A stretch of 62,814 nucleotides of DNA, the filler included, from Asterionella formosa (Eukaryota), in assembly GCA_002256025.1 (NCBI GenBank). It is 34 parts of 34 records of this genome, joined end to end, with 100 filler letters (N's around TTAATTAATTAA, not from the genome) between each part and the next. Parts side by side here need not be neighbours in the genome. Positions count along the whole stretch, not along the records: positions 1 to 1,214 come from NKIB01003625.1; positions 1,315 to 2,528 come from NKIB01003626.1; positions 2,629 to 3,842 come from NKIB01003627.1; positions 3,943 to 5,155 come from NKIB01003628.1; positions 5,256 to 6,469 come from NKIB01003629.1; positions 6,570 to 7,783 come from NKIB01003630.1; positions 7,884 to 9,096 come from NKIB01003631.1; positions 9,197 to 10,409 come from NKIB01003632.1; 26 more parts are not named here. One strand, given 5' to 3'. Below the pieces are notes generated by a model, which was given only the letters and a program-made list of their open reading frames with translations, had not been told where the DNA came from and did not search any database. The position numbers were made by a program, and so were the translations under genes. Each line of letters opens with the position of its first letter. Position 1 is the first letter of the stretch. Positions 1 to 12,129 of this stretch are shown one piece after another.

Positions 1-1214
1 CCCTCTCTCGCCATTGCAAACATTTAAACGTGTTGCGCTTGCACGCTTGAAACTTCCCTTTGGAATGTTCTTGAAATTAAACTGACTTCTTTGGGGCTTT
101 CGCACTTGCTTTGTGTAACGAATTTATGGGGATTGACATCACAGCATTGTCTTCAATCCTCATGCGGGACAAAAGTCTATACAATAGAGCAGCATAGTTA
201 CTGTAATTTGTAAAAGACTACAAAGCTTTATCTGAGTATGTGAGAAAACTATATCTGAGTATGCGAGAAAACGAAGCTTTACCGTACCGTTAGTACTGGT
301 AGTTTACCTGGTACTGGTACTCTTCTACCTTTCGGACGGGCGGCGGGTCAGCCAATCATAATATCTCCACTTGTACATTTTTCATCTGTGATAGTGCTGT
401 AGGTTTAGAAGGTGACGTAACACGATACATTCATAGGGACAGGTACCTGGAGAACCAGTGACATGTTTCTGTCTCACCAACAACCCGCTATCATGCCGCA
501 TGCGTCTGTATCGTTTTATTAGGAGCGGTAGGAATACGGTAGCGTCTACTACAGTAACAGGTACCCCGTACATGTCACATTCAGGTTCAGCGCACTCTGG
601 TATTTACCAGTATATCTAGCCGGCACAAATAGATTGTAAAGACAGTACACAGCTACCTGGTACGGTACGGGTAAATTGTTGTTACTTCGGTGTACATGTA
701 CATACCGGTATACCTAATACAGCATAGGAGTAAGTATCTCTACATCAAGATCCCTCTCTATCAAGATGTTTGATGCAGTTTTTGGGTCCAGCCAACATAG
801 CCTTCATATAAACCACCAATATTTTGTTTGCCACACGAAACTCAGCGACTATCCTGACTCTTTGAAGAACAAGGAGACAGCCACTGCTCTCAGAAAAGGC
901 AGGCGACTTCGCAGGCAGTCTCCACCCTCGGTCGCGTATTACCTTCAGAAGCTCGACGGGGGGCTGTATCACATTGTGACATCCAAAATTGGTCGGGTGC
1001 CGGTTTGGTCAGGACAACGTCTAGTGCATACAAACATATGTGATACACCAAAGTTCCGGCATGCTGATGACTGAGTGAATTTGGAGCATGCATGTAGAAA
1101 ATTCAACGACAGATGGTAGAGACTCAAGTATACAAACTCGGCCACAACGAAAACGGCCTTTCATCACACGTGCGTTCACAAACAACAAAAGCAATCAACG
1201 AGAACAAATCAAAC

Positions 1215-1314
1215 NNNNNNNNNNNNNNNNNNNNNNNNNNNNNNNNNNNNNNNNNNNNTTAATTAATTAANNNNNNNNNNNNNNNNNNNNNNNNNNNNNN
1301 NNNNNNNNNNNNNN
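1215..1314. other. Artificial contig spacer (44 N + TTAATTAATTAA + 44 N); first of 33 identical spacers
   Basis: The same 100-bp linker, with stops in all six frames, recurs about every 1.31 kb except across 17075-36607. It produces the XXX...LIN tails in the ORF track. Confidence 0.99.
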
Positions 1315-1635
1315 TGCTGTAAGACTCCAAATGTCGACCTGGCTTGTAAGGATACACGAAGAAGCTTGAATCTTTATGTTTAGTATGTTGTTATCCTTCA
1401 TCAATGGGACCACTGGAACTTGAGAGGACATCAACACTATTTATTCTAATTTGACTCTTTTTGAATTCAAAGTGAAGTATCTAACTAGAAGTAGTAGTAT
1501 TCATTGAATATATGATGAGCTTATTTGTTAATCCTTGTGTGTAACTCGTTCTCTAAGTCGACACCAAAGTATACAATGAGTGTTAGTCGAGTTCTCTCAT
1601 TATACATCTGTATTGATGCGCAAGATCGCTTACCA
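1315..1635 (-). mobile_element. Degenerate Ty3/Gypsy-like 5' LTR (1473-1635) plus decayed gag N-terminus
   Basis: 1445-1635 aligns with 5740-5965, lacking the TATA segment. The minus strand then reads SSQVPVVPLMKDNNILNIKI, matching YSRVPVIPLIKDYNVLTIKT of the gag at 5727. Confidence 0.75.
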
Positions 1636-2635
1636 GGTACTCCTACCAGGTACCTGGTACCATTGTTGCTCGTCTCGACTGGTACCAGGTACCTGGTACC
1701 TGGGTACGTTTATGTGGGGAATAGAACATCGTAAATTTTTAGAATACTTAATATGGATTCACCACAAGAACATATACTATAGCACTATATTACATACAGT
1801 AAATAGAGAACCAAGTCTATTACTGGTAGGCATGTAGATGTATAATATACATATACCCGAAATGAAGTGAAAACAAGCAATGTAGTATATAGCTAATGAA
1901 AAATAGTGAAAAAAAGTAACATAACTTCAGTAGAATAAAATCATACATCTTTTTAATAATAACCTAAATACATACTAACTGTGTATGACAACCAGAGTGA
2001 TGATCAGCAGATATAAATTGATTGGCAATCTAATCTGTGGCACTGTTCTATCTCGAATACATACCTCATACATTTTGTCAATTTGCAATATGGCAGTGAA
2101 AAGAACGCAGCTCAATGTAGGGCAGTCATTGTATCCCACACAAAGTTGTGCCAAGCAACAATTCTCCACCTTTCTCACTTTATCCTGCTCAACCATTGTA
2201 ACTTTTTTAGCCACCTTACCAACCTAATTCCATCTTTTCATTCCTACCAAAGAACAAATAGTTTTTGGTGTAACGGAAAGACTAAAATAGTGACAGAATC
2301 ATAGATTGTCTTAGCCACTGTGTAAGACTAGTCTATTGCTGGGTAGGCGCCCGAATAGCGCTTCCTGGCATTGCCAGCCTAGCTAGGTGTTATTGAATAC
2401 TCACCAACCCAATATCAACCCAGCAAAGAAGGGTTACTTTGGGCACTGGAATATGGGGAAACAGCAGATTTTGCAATAGCCACCAACATCAATTTTCCCA
2501 GCGCTCTGCCCCAGCTCAATGTACAACANNNNNNNNNNNNNNNNNNNNNNNNNNNNNNNNNNNNNNNNNNNNTTAATTAATTAANNNNNNNNNNNNNNNN
2601 NNNNNNNNNNNNNNNNNNNNNNNNNNNNTGGCAGG

Positions 2636-3842
2636 TTGACAGAGAAAGGAAACGAATTTGTGGCTGGAAAAGAAGGATCCAAGATATTAAATGATTCTGG
2701 TGGCATCATGAGTTTTGAGACAGGAACCGATGGTATGGCTTATCTGATTGCACAGCGTGTTGCTGGAGCAAAAGAGGTCTACAATATTGAAGAAACTAAA
2801 AATGATGATGGAATGATTAAGAAACAGAAGAGAGAACTAATGAACATTAATGAGGCACACAAAAAATTCGGGCATGCAACAGAAAAAGTGGTGCGAAAAA
2901 TGCTGCAAGCACTTAAGATTATACCAGTTGGAAAAATGTTGGTGTGTGATGGCTGTGCACGAGCAAAAGCTACCCAGAAACGAACAAACAAGGTGACTAC
3001 AGTGGTAGCAGAAAAACCTGGCGAGAGAATCTACATGGATACAAGTGGCCCATATTCAGAGACAGTGATGGGGTCACGTTATTGGTATAAATTTGTTGAT
3101 GACAAAACAAGGAAATCATGGGATTTTCATGGAGCAAGAAAGAATGGCATAACAAAAGTACTGAAGGAAATTTTGGACAAGTTGAAGGCTGCTGGGAAGC
3201 CAGTAAAATATCTACGGTGTGACAATGCGGGCGAGCATATGTTTGAATTACGAAAAATATGTGAAGGAGAATATGGAATTCAGTTGGAGTACACAGCACC
3301 TCACACACCACAGCACAATGGAGTGGTGGAAAGGATGTTTTCACGTGATGCAAAGCGTGCACTGGCAATGATGATATCTGCTGCATGGACCAAAGAGATG
3401 CAAGCTAAATTATGGGCTGAAGCGACAAAAACAGCAGCAATACTAGGAAATTCCCTTCCAAACACCCGAAGTGCAGTACCACCTGATGAGTTATTTTATG
3501 GAAAACCAAGTGACATCTACACACACTTGATTGAGTTTGGAAGAGTTGGTTATGTTACAAACAGGTCCACAATGAAAGGGAAGTTCAAAGAGAAAGCAAA
3601 TCCCATGGTAGTGATTGGCTACTATGGTGAGAACCATGCCAGGGATGTGTATCGTATGTACAATCCAGTAACCAGTAAAGTGGTTGAAACAAGAGATATT
3701 TATGCTTGGGCAGACATAACGAATGCTACCAACGATATCAGATTGACTATGAGTGAAATTTATGACCCTGAGTTGATTTTGGAGGAGCCAGAACCTCCAG
3801 AAGTGATTGAAGAACCTGATGAGGACAGTCCTCCTATCCAAA
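2636..3842 (+). CDS. Ty1/Copia retrotransposon pol fragment (GAG-pre-integrase, rve integrase core, post-integrase SH3 region); partial at both ends
   Basis: HKKFGH...CDGC zinc finger; YMDTSGP, LRCDNAGE and PQHNGVVER DDE motifs; LWAEA; YRMYNP. Frame is open across the contig. Confidence 0.95.
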
Positions 3843-3989
3843 NNNNNNNNNNNNNNNNNNNNNNNNNNNNNNNNNNNNNNNNNNNNTTAATTAATTAANN
3901 NNNNNNNNNNNNNNNNNNNNNNNNNNNNNNNNNNNNNNNNNNAAATTGTCAGTAAAATCTTGAATAAGTAAGTTTCATGTTTCCAATGT

Positions 3990-5155
3990 TCCCAAATAAA
4001 ACTTACCGATTCATTTTCGTTAGCTTAACTTTGAGAGAAGGTAAAGTGGCGTGTCCGTCAGTGATGTTCCATCAGAAGTGAATAAGTCCAATGATAAGAG
4101 CACTTACCAATTTTGTTTTGTTTTACATTGGTGCTCCCCAACCAGCGAAACGAGCTGTTGATTCAAATGAGAAAAAAGGAAATATGCGTTTAGTTTACAA
4201 TTTGTTGTTGTCCTGCCTCCCAACGATTTTCATCCAAGCACCACATTGATGGCTTCATTACCTTAAACATACTCCATCCTTCGAAGGCGCAATGTGTCGA
4301 AGCCACAATGTTTTTCGTTATTGCGTAAACTTTTCCTTCCTTGTCATGTGCTTTACTACGATATTTCTTTTCATGAAGCAGGTATTGTTTGTTAACACGA
4401 CAGAACGATTTCAAATATATTTGCCATGTAGAATTTGTATATATATAAATATATCAAGTGTCGTACATTTATAGAAATCAAAGGCACTCTCAATATGGAA
4501 CATCTGGTATTGTTGAGATGATCATATTTGCATATAGATAATTCGATGTCCATTGTTTTCCACGACTTCGCGTACCGGTACTGTTTTTTTGAAATTTGTT
4601 TGCATCATGAACTAATTATTTAGACCATTCAATTTGTGTACTAAGTCATAACCCATATGTATCATTATTTATACGCAAAGATTTTGGTAGCAAATTGTTT
4701 AAGCCCCTTTTTGGGGCGGGAGTTCTTCATGTGTACCGGTACATCATATGACAATAACAATGTATCATTTATACATACAGGGTACCAGTAGCAGGTAGTA
4801 AGTGATATACTGGGGGTAGTCGGAGTAGTACCGGTAAACTAGCAACAGAACACCATATGTTCAGGACTGTTGCTACTGCAGTGGGACAGTAAATCATCAT
4901 ATTTTTAGGATCGTATGATCATAAAATTGAAAACCAAAAGAACACCATATGTTTATGACTCTTGTAATTACATTGGGACAGTAAATCATCATAGTTTTAG
5001 GATCGTATGATCGTAAAACTAAAAACAAATAGAACACCATATGTTCATGACTGTTGCAATTTCAGTGGGACAGTAAATCATCATGTTTTAGGATTGTATG
5101 ATCGTGAAACTGAAAAGCGGTACCGGTAGTCGGAGTAATAAGCAAGCAATAGAAC
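3990..5155. repeat. Interspersed repeat family, copy 1 (copy 2 at 52441-53600), ending in a 92-bp tandem array (4848-5155)
   Basis: Colinear similarity with contig 52441-53650. The unit GAACACCATATGTT...GGGACAGTAAATCATCAT starts at 4848, 4940 and 5032. Confidence 0.9.
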
Positions 5156-5255
5156 NNNNNNNNNNNNNNNNNNNNNNNNNNNNNNNNNNNNNNNNNNNNT
5201 TAATTAATTAANNNNNNNNNNNNNNNNNNNNNNNNNNNNNNNNNNNNNNNNNNNN

Positions 5256-5727
5256 GAGGCATTAGTTGAAGTAGCCTGTTTAAAGTTTTAATACGAGCTC
5301 CGTAATCCATTACCAACATGGAAAAGGGTTTAGATAAATAACGTAGCATCCATTGTCGTTGATGTTGAAAACTCTCATTTGGCAAACGATCGTCTAACCA
5401 TAAAACCATCGCTTCTTCGAAACTATCGTAAGATTGATCTTCTGGGTGTACTTCCACATTCAACCAATCCGATAAGGCAATGTCTGTCAAACACCTTTTA
5501 AAATAGGAAAAGGTATCTGCAGGGCTAAAGTCACATGTGTTAGCCATATCACGAAATTGACTAACTCCAATTAACAATGCTTCCACTGAGCTTCCATCGA
5601 TCATATCTTGATCAAACGATTCAAACCTTCCACCGGTTAAAGCAACTCTGAACGTTTTAGTTTTGATAGTCAATACATTGTAGTCTTTGATCAAAGGAAT
5701 CACAGGAACCCTTGAATACATTGCCAT
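5256..5727 (-). CDS. Ty3/Gypsy-like retrotransposon Gag, N-terminal part (3'-partial)
   Basis: ATG lies directly after an LTR-like repeat. The QRQWM...LSKPFSMLVMDYGARIKTLNRLLQLMP segment resembles diatom Gypsy capsid sequences. Confidence 0.7.
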
Positions 5728-5766
5728 GTTTGTTGTCTTCTAATTCGACTCTTTTTGAATTCAAAG

Positions 5767-5965
5767 TGAAGTATCTAACTAGAAGTAGTAGTATTTGTTG
5801 AATATATGAGCTTATTAATTAATCCTTATGTATAACTCATTTCCTGAACTGACATCAAAAGTATAGAATGGGTGTTAGTCGAGTTCTCTCATTATTGAAT
5901 TCCGATATATTTGACATAACCCCAACTCTATATATATCTGTATCGATGTGCAGGATTGCTCACCA
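5767..5965 (-). mobile_element. 5' LTR of the Gypsy-like element
   Basis: Minus strand runs TGGTGAGCAATCC...AGATACTTCA (TG...CA) and contains TATATATA. Homologous to 1473-1635 and 32045-32230. Confidence 0.75.
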
Positions 5966-7449
5966 GGTACCAGGGTACCGGTAGTATCATGGCTAATAAT
6001 ACATTTGAAATACGTTCCTTGTACCACCGGTAGATTTGTTGACTTACTGAATAGTCGACCGCAGCCAATTCACGAATTGATCCAATTCCGATTTCCGTTC
6101 TTATTATGCTATTGTTCATTAATTAATATGATACATGCAATATTTAAAAATTTCCCGGGTACTGACTTGCTAGCGCGCACGTATTATGTTTAAACATGTA
6201 CAGATATTGCGCTATTTACGGAGTCATTTGATAGTATCGGCTTGGTGTCGGCCGCATTCCATTGCTGCCCTGCGTGCGTGCGTGATTGCTTGTATCAAAG
6301 ATACCCCGGTACCTGGTATGGTACCGGTCAAGATGGCGAGAGTCGAACTGCACAGTTTTACCACGCGACCTTCCGCGTGCAGCAGTGTCGACTTTTTTCA
6401 CAATTTTTCACACAACTCAAAACCTTCCGTGTACAATTATACGTCGTGTACAATTATAGACTGATACTANNNNNNNNNNNNNNNNNNNNNNNNNNNNNNN
6501 NNNNNNNNNNNNNTTAATTAATTAANNNNNNNNNNNNNNNNNNNNNNNNNNNNNNNNNNNNNNNNNNNNACCAGGTACCTGATGCCAGGAACATGGTATC
6601 AGCCTACCGGCGGTACCTGGTACCTGGTACCAGGTACCGGTAACTGAATTTGTGTGGAGCGATATACATACCGGTTCTGGTACCTGGTACCAGGTACCAG
6701 TACTGGTACCGGTACCTTCCTTTGCGTCGTCATTCTTGCTCTATGACATGTGTATTTTAGTGCCGATGCAAGAAAAACAGTGCCGTCATGGTGGGCGATC
6801 TGTTCAAATGAATCTTCACAAATCATCGTGATCAGTAGTCTAATAATACCGGTAATAATAATGAGAATATTATTTCCGGTACACTTTTGCACTTATGTTC
6901 ATGAAATAAATAAATAAACCTATAAAATGTAAAGTACAAACAAACCATCCACATGCGAAATCTTGATGCTTTTTTAAATATCGCATCTAACGCTTGTCTT
7001 ATTGCGCGCTTGTTCGTACAATCCCTCGTGATGAGCGATCCCCACCACATCTACGAAAAAAAGGCTGGCTCCCTGTGGTCCAACCTCGATTAGCGTGTGA
7101 GTACCGGCATGTGCACTGTCGACTTTAGTACAATACAGGCGGAGTGACTTCGCTACTACCAAGACATCATAGAAAATTAATCAAGCAATCATAAAGTATG
7201 TTAATTAATATATGTGTTTGTCGTTTAATGTATACAGTTAAAGTCAACAGTTAGCTAATATGATAGTATTATACAGTGGATAGCAAGTGTTGGTCGATCA
7301 ATCGGCGAAATCACTGGAGAAACAGATGTAATAGGACCCTCTGTGATTAGGCTAGGAGAAGCGACTGGAGATGCAGAAGAAACTGGGGGTGCATCAGGAG
7401 GAAGTGTAGCAAGTGTTGGTCGATCAATAGGCGAAATCACTGGAGAAAG

Positions 7450-7783
7450 CAATGAATTTACCAGGGAAGAGAAGCTCCTCTGTAATAAATTTAGATCCGG
7501 TGTAGAGGAACGGAGTGCCAATGAGGAGGAAGAACAACGGGTTGATTCTCAACACAGTCGACAAGAGTTCGAAACCAATACCAAGCCAAACACTTGTGAG
7601 AACAATAATGGCGGGAAGGTAGAGAAGATTTGATCTGAATTGGTCTTCTTTCAATGTGACAGTGCAAATTCCAGTGTCGATCTAGCATTTTGGAGATGTT
7701 GAGACTGCAAACTTCGATCCAGTTTCCTTGAGCTCCGTCTTCAATGCGTCAAACTCAGCATCTGGCATCATCGGTTCACCTTT
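7450..7783 (-). pseudogene. PGRL1: PGRL1 (PGR5-like 1) pseudogene fragment with an in-frame stop and a truncated C-terminus
   Basis: Reads KGEPMMPDAEFDALKTELKETGSKFAVSTSPKC*IDTGICTVTLKEDQFRSNLLYLPA followed by two hydrophobic helices, matching the PGRL1 core. TAG at 7682-7684. The expected GPCPxC motif is absent. Confidence 0.8.
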
Positions 7784-9374
7784 NNNNNNNNNNNNNNNNN
7801 NNNNNNNNNNNNNNNNNNNNNNNNNNNTTAATTAATTAANNNNNNNNNNNNNNNNNNNNNNNNNNNNNNNNNNNNNNNNNNNNGATTACGTACCAGCAGT
7901 TGTGATTGTTCGACGAACACAATCGACTGTGTACATACGACGGTAAAGGAATTCGTATGTATGCTGATGTGAGACTTTGTTATGTGTTACTCCCACCAAG
8001 ATCAGCCATTTTTTTACGATCATGAATTGCACAAGGCTGATGGCAGATTTTGCTCGGATTACTGAGTAGGGAGTACTGTACTACCGGTAGCTAAATTACA
8101 CCGGGTGGTATTGGTTTTTCACATGATTTGGCTTTATAAAAGACTATATATACATGAATATTGAGAAACATACTAATTTAAATTTATACGAACTGCAATT
8201 GCTCGCTCGCTCATAGAAGCATGAGGACGGTACCTGGTACCTCGTTCAGTCATTACCGGTGCCAGGTACCTGGTACTCCGTACTCCCGGTACCCGAAGAT
8301 CCCCGAGCGATATGCAGTACCTGGTACCGGTTCCTGGCTAGTACTGGTACTCTTACGGTACCGCCCAGGTTCTCACTACACACCAAGCAAAGATCCAAAC
8401 GAAGAAAAGCAAAGCAATCTGCTGCATGTACGGCTATACAATACTGCTAGGATACATACCGGTATACATATTCAAGTACCCGTATATTAGCCAGTGTACC
8501 ACCTGTGACGGATCCACGTATGATGTGTGTACAGTATGTGATTCATGAGGTACGGTAAACAATCCATTTGCGGGTGTCTGGATACCAAATATAGAGGGGG
8601 GTGGATGCAAGAAGGAATGTACCGGTATATCATTTAATCCAGAAGACTGACTTCCCTGTGCATACACACCAGAACATATATTCATACCTGAATAGTATCA
8701 GTAAATTTAGTATTACTAATTAATATCGACGATCATCATAATTTCACCAACATCAATCATCAACATTCAGGACCAGCAAGCACCAGTACATATGTAATGG
8801 TCATATCATTATCGTAAGACATGCTCCATGTATCTGGTACCGGTGTATGATAGATAGTACAGTGGTATTGCTTACCGGTACCTGGTACTGTACTACGGTA
8901 TGCTGTGGTGTCTGCTTCGCTTCGTTGATACCGGTATCATCCTCAAGAAAAAGAAAAAGAAGACGAGAACTGACACAACACAACAGCACACAGAGCAACA
9001 AACAGTACCTGGTACCTACCGCATTATTCGCTCCTCACCATGCCGACCATGTCCCCCTTCATGACTGCCTTGCTGGCTCACGATGTGGAGGCTCACNNNN
9101 NNNNNNNNNNNNNNNNNNNNNNNNNNNNNNNNNNNNNNNNTTAATTAATTAANNNNNNNNNNNNNNNNNNNNNNNNNNNNNNNNNNNNNNNNNNNNACAA
9201 TGATTATATAACAACTAAGAAGTGATTTCAATGGGTCATGGCAGTACCAGTTGTGATCTTCATGGCTCAATACACTGAATTAAAACTGATTACTTAAATA
9301 GTACAGCAGAAAGCATCATATTACATGCACTTTGTATTTGCATCAAGTTTTGATCTTTGTGTAAAACATGAATA

Positions 9375-10000
9375 CCGTATACTTCATTGTCCTGGACCCC
9401 CCAATGTACACTGCCGTGACTGAATTTGACTGATTTTACTTAAGGGGGGCCCAGGACAATGAAGAGATTTCCCTTATAATGGACCTAAGTAAATTTCTTT
9501 AGTTGTACAGGATAGCGCACATTTTTCTAAGATGTATTAATATGACAATTATTTCCGTCTTGTGAAAAATGAGAGAGTTCTTCACCTCGCAAGAAAAACG
9601 CGACTTCATGTTGTTATCGGCGATCTCAATTTTCGTTGTCATTATTAGTGTTATTACTTTACTTCTTTTACGATTGTATTTTCCATGTCATTGTCAATAC
9701 AGGTAGCAAGTAGCAAAGCGTCGTTCTCTATTTTCGTGGAGATAATTCGTATTTTCGTCATGGTCAAGGTTGCGACAACATCATGAAGGATTCTCCAGCT
9801 GCTCACAGCCACTACCTGTCGTCTCTTGTGTTTTGTATGTACAAAAGAATCGCAAAATGGTAGCTAAATTATTACATACTAGTGCCTACGAGGACAAAAA
9901 GAATTATGGCACGTTACTTTGTCTATGACAAGAAAATTATTGGGTGTTTGGTTCCACCTCGAGAAAAATGTACAGGGGTCCAGGACAATGAAGTATACGG
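9375..10000. mobile_element. 626-bp non-autonomous Tc1/mariner-superfamily MITE (Tc2/pogo-like CCGTA termini)
   Basis: Perfect 26-bp TIRs CCGTATACTTCATTGTCCTGGACCCC at 9375-9400 and 9975-10000. TA duplicated at 9373-9374 and 10001-10002. An extra inverted TIR copy lies near 9445-9463. Confidence 0.92.
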
Positions 10001-10848
10001 TATCTTTAGTCAGAATATAGAGCAAAATAACAGTGGCTAGCAGTTTTTAAGTGGTACAGTACTGGTGGCATTTGTTACAGAGTCGTCTCCACAAAAATTT
10101 CGGTGAAACTCGAAGAAGTTTGACATACATTCAAATAGGTATATACCGGTAAACAAAAACCAGACTAAAACAACCCGGAAACTACAGACTCTTGACAACC
10201 GGTACTGACGAGTTAAATCCTTTAAGCGAGGTGATGACGAGTGAAATGATAGCGAACCCCAAGTCGCCGCTGTCCAATAGACTGAAATTGCTTGTTCCTG
10301 TCAGCATCGCTCTCCAAAGGTATTTTTCCTGGATCTTATCGTTGAATAGAGCGAAGAAAGTGGAGATCCCCAGCTGAGCCTTTGGGAAATCGGAATCCAC
10401 GAGCATGGANNNNNNNNNNNNNNNNNNNNNNNNNNNNNNNNNNNNNNNNNNNNTTAATTAATTAANNNNNNNNNNNNNNNNNNNNNNNNNNNNNNNNNNN
10501 NNNNNNNNNCAATGCCTTTTTTGCAGTAATAGTTCATGGAATAATACTGGCCAAGTGTTTGGTTATCATCCTTGTTTTCCCCAGGCTCCTCTACACTAAA
10601 CTCACAGCTTGTAGTACTATCATTGGCTATTTGCCAAATACTCTGTACAACATCATGGAAATAAATACATTTTTGTAAGCATGGGAATGTGTCAGTTCAT
10701 TTACTCTCCTGGTCAACATTGCTTGTTGCCATGCTGATGTTTAAGTTTATTTTAATTTATGATGTTTTACCAGTAGTATAATCCCTCAACATAACATAAC
10801 ACAGCCAGTGCACCAGGTACCGGTACACAGGTACAGGTACGAGTCGTG

Positions 10849-10943
10849 CCCAAAAGTACTCACCAGCTACACATGCCTGGTACCAGGGCAGCGTACCAAA
10901 AGTACTCACCAGCTACACATGCCTGGTACCAGGGCAGCGTACC
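10849..10943. repeat. 46-bp tandem duplication within a GGTACC-rich tract
   Basis: CCAAAAGTACTCACCAGCTACACATGCCTGGTACCAGGGCAGCGTA occurs twice in tandem. Confidence 0.9.
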
Positions 10944-11267
10944 AGGTACCCCTGGTACTGTACTGGTACTGGTACCACTACCGGTACTCCAGTACGAGGT
11001 ACCAGGTACCCCTGGTAGAATTTCTTGGACAATACCATGGCATACTGCAGGGTTCCATCGGTCCGTTGGTAGAATATTCTACCAAAATGTGAAAAAAAAT
11101 TCTACCCCCAGTACTACTGGGTAGAATTTTTGCCTGTCTCTATACCATATTTTCACCACGGTCAAGCAAGGGAGGGGTACCGGACAGTATTGACCTGTCC
11201 AGAGTAGAACACTACCGGAGCCCTACAGAAAAATACTACTTTGGTAGAATTTCGTCAATAATGTATC

Positions 11268-11722
11268 TGTTAGAAAATGAACTGATGCTGGCTGTTTTTC
11301 CAAGCCATAGTAGGGCAACAGTCTTCTGAAATGTTCTTTCATGTGGCTGGGGTGTTTCTATTTCCTTGTGCTGTTAATGCAGGAGGGCAATTGCATCCTT
11401 GTCAAGGGGCAGAAGAATGTTGAAATATATGGCATCTACTCTAGCACACTTCAGTACTGCCCTGGAATGACTTGTCAAGATCTTTCTCGTGCAGCTCATT
11501 TGCGTATTATTCTGCTATATAAATCCTGTCTATTTCCGTTTACCGGTAGACATTCCCCAGACTACCTACGCAGCATTCGGACACCTGTCGACATTAACAG
11601 CCTAACAGACACACTCTGACACCCTCCTGTTGATGCTCCACATACACATCATCCTAATGTGTATGCTCGACACATCTTTTCCTACAGGAATTCTCATATT
11701 GCCCTCTCGTTTTCTTCGTCTC
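11268..11722 (-). mobile_element. Copia 3' end: decayed pol tail, polypurine tract and 3' LTR (11268-11621)
   Basis: Minus strand has ACAGGAGGG (PPT) immediately followed by TGTCAGAGTGTGTC...TTTTCTAACA. The same LTR family occurs at 41512-41700. Confidence 0.7.
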
Positions 11723-12129
11723 NNNNNNNNNNNNNNNNNNNNNNNNNNNNNNNNNNNNNNNNNNNNTTAATTAATTAANNNNNNNNNNNNNNNNNNNNNN
11801 NNNNNNNNNNNNNNNNNNNNNNTTTTGTGAGTGCAGTCCATGGTGACCAACAGCAGAGCGACTCGTTGACTCAACAATGTTAGACATGGACATTGCAAGC
11901 TATGTCACTATTGATGATGCAAACAAGGTTTATGGCAGGGGTACAAAAGACAGCCTATAATTGGAGGATTGTTGATTTGTCAGGTATGTTGTGCATAGCT
12001 ATTGATTTTGCTTCATAGGAAATTACTGTCAGACAAACGACTAGAATGAATATTGCGCTACTTAGTGCGTTGGTTAGATATTATCAGTGAGCAGTCCAAT
12101 GTTATGATTGGGATATTGCCCTAGCAAAA

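Noticed and set aside
766..1074. 102-aa ORF
   Set aside because: No recognisable motif or supporting gene structure.
1259..1270. Recurring TTAATTAATTAA motif and ORFs ending in XXX...LIN
   Set aside because: Artificial linker between contigs. Adjacency across spacers carries no biological meaning.
1525..1837. Short ORFs rich in PGTRYLVPG/WYQVP (also near 6599, 8221, 10808 and 41118)
   Set aside because: They are translations of the GGTACC palindromic tracts, which contain few stop codons.
4848..5155. Regularly spaced repeats as a possible CRISPR array
   Set aside because: Whole 92-bp units repeat with no unique spacers, there are no cas genes, and the context is eukaryotic.
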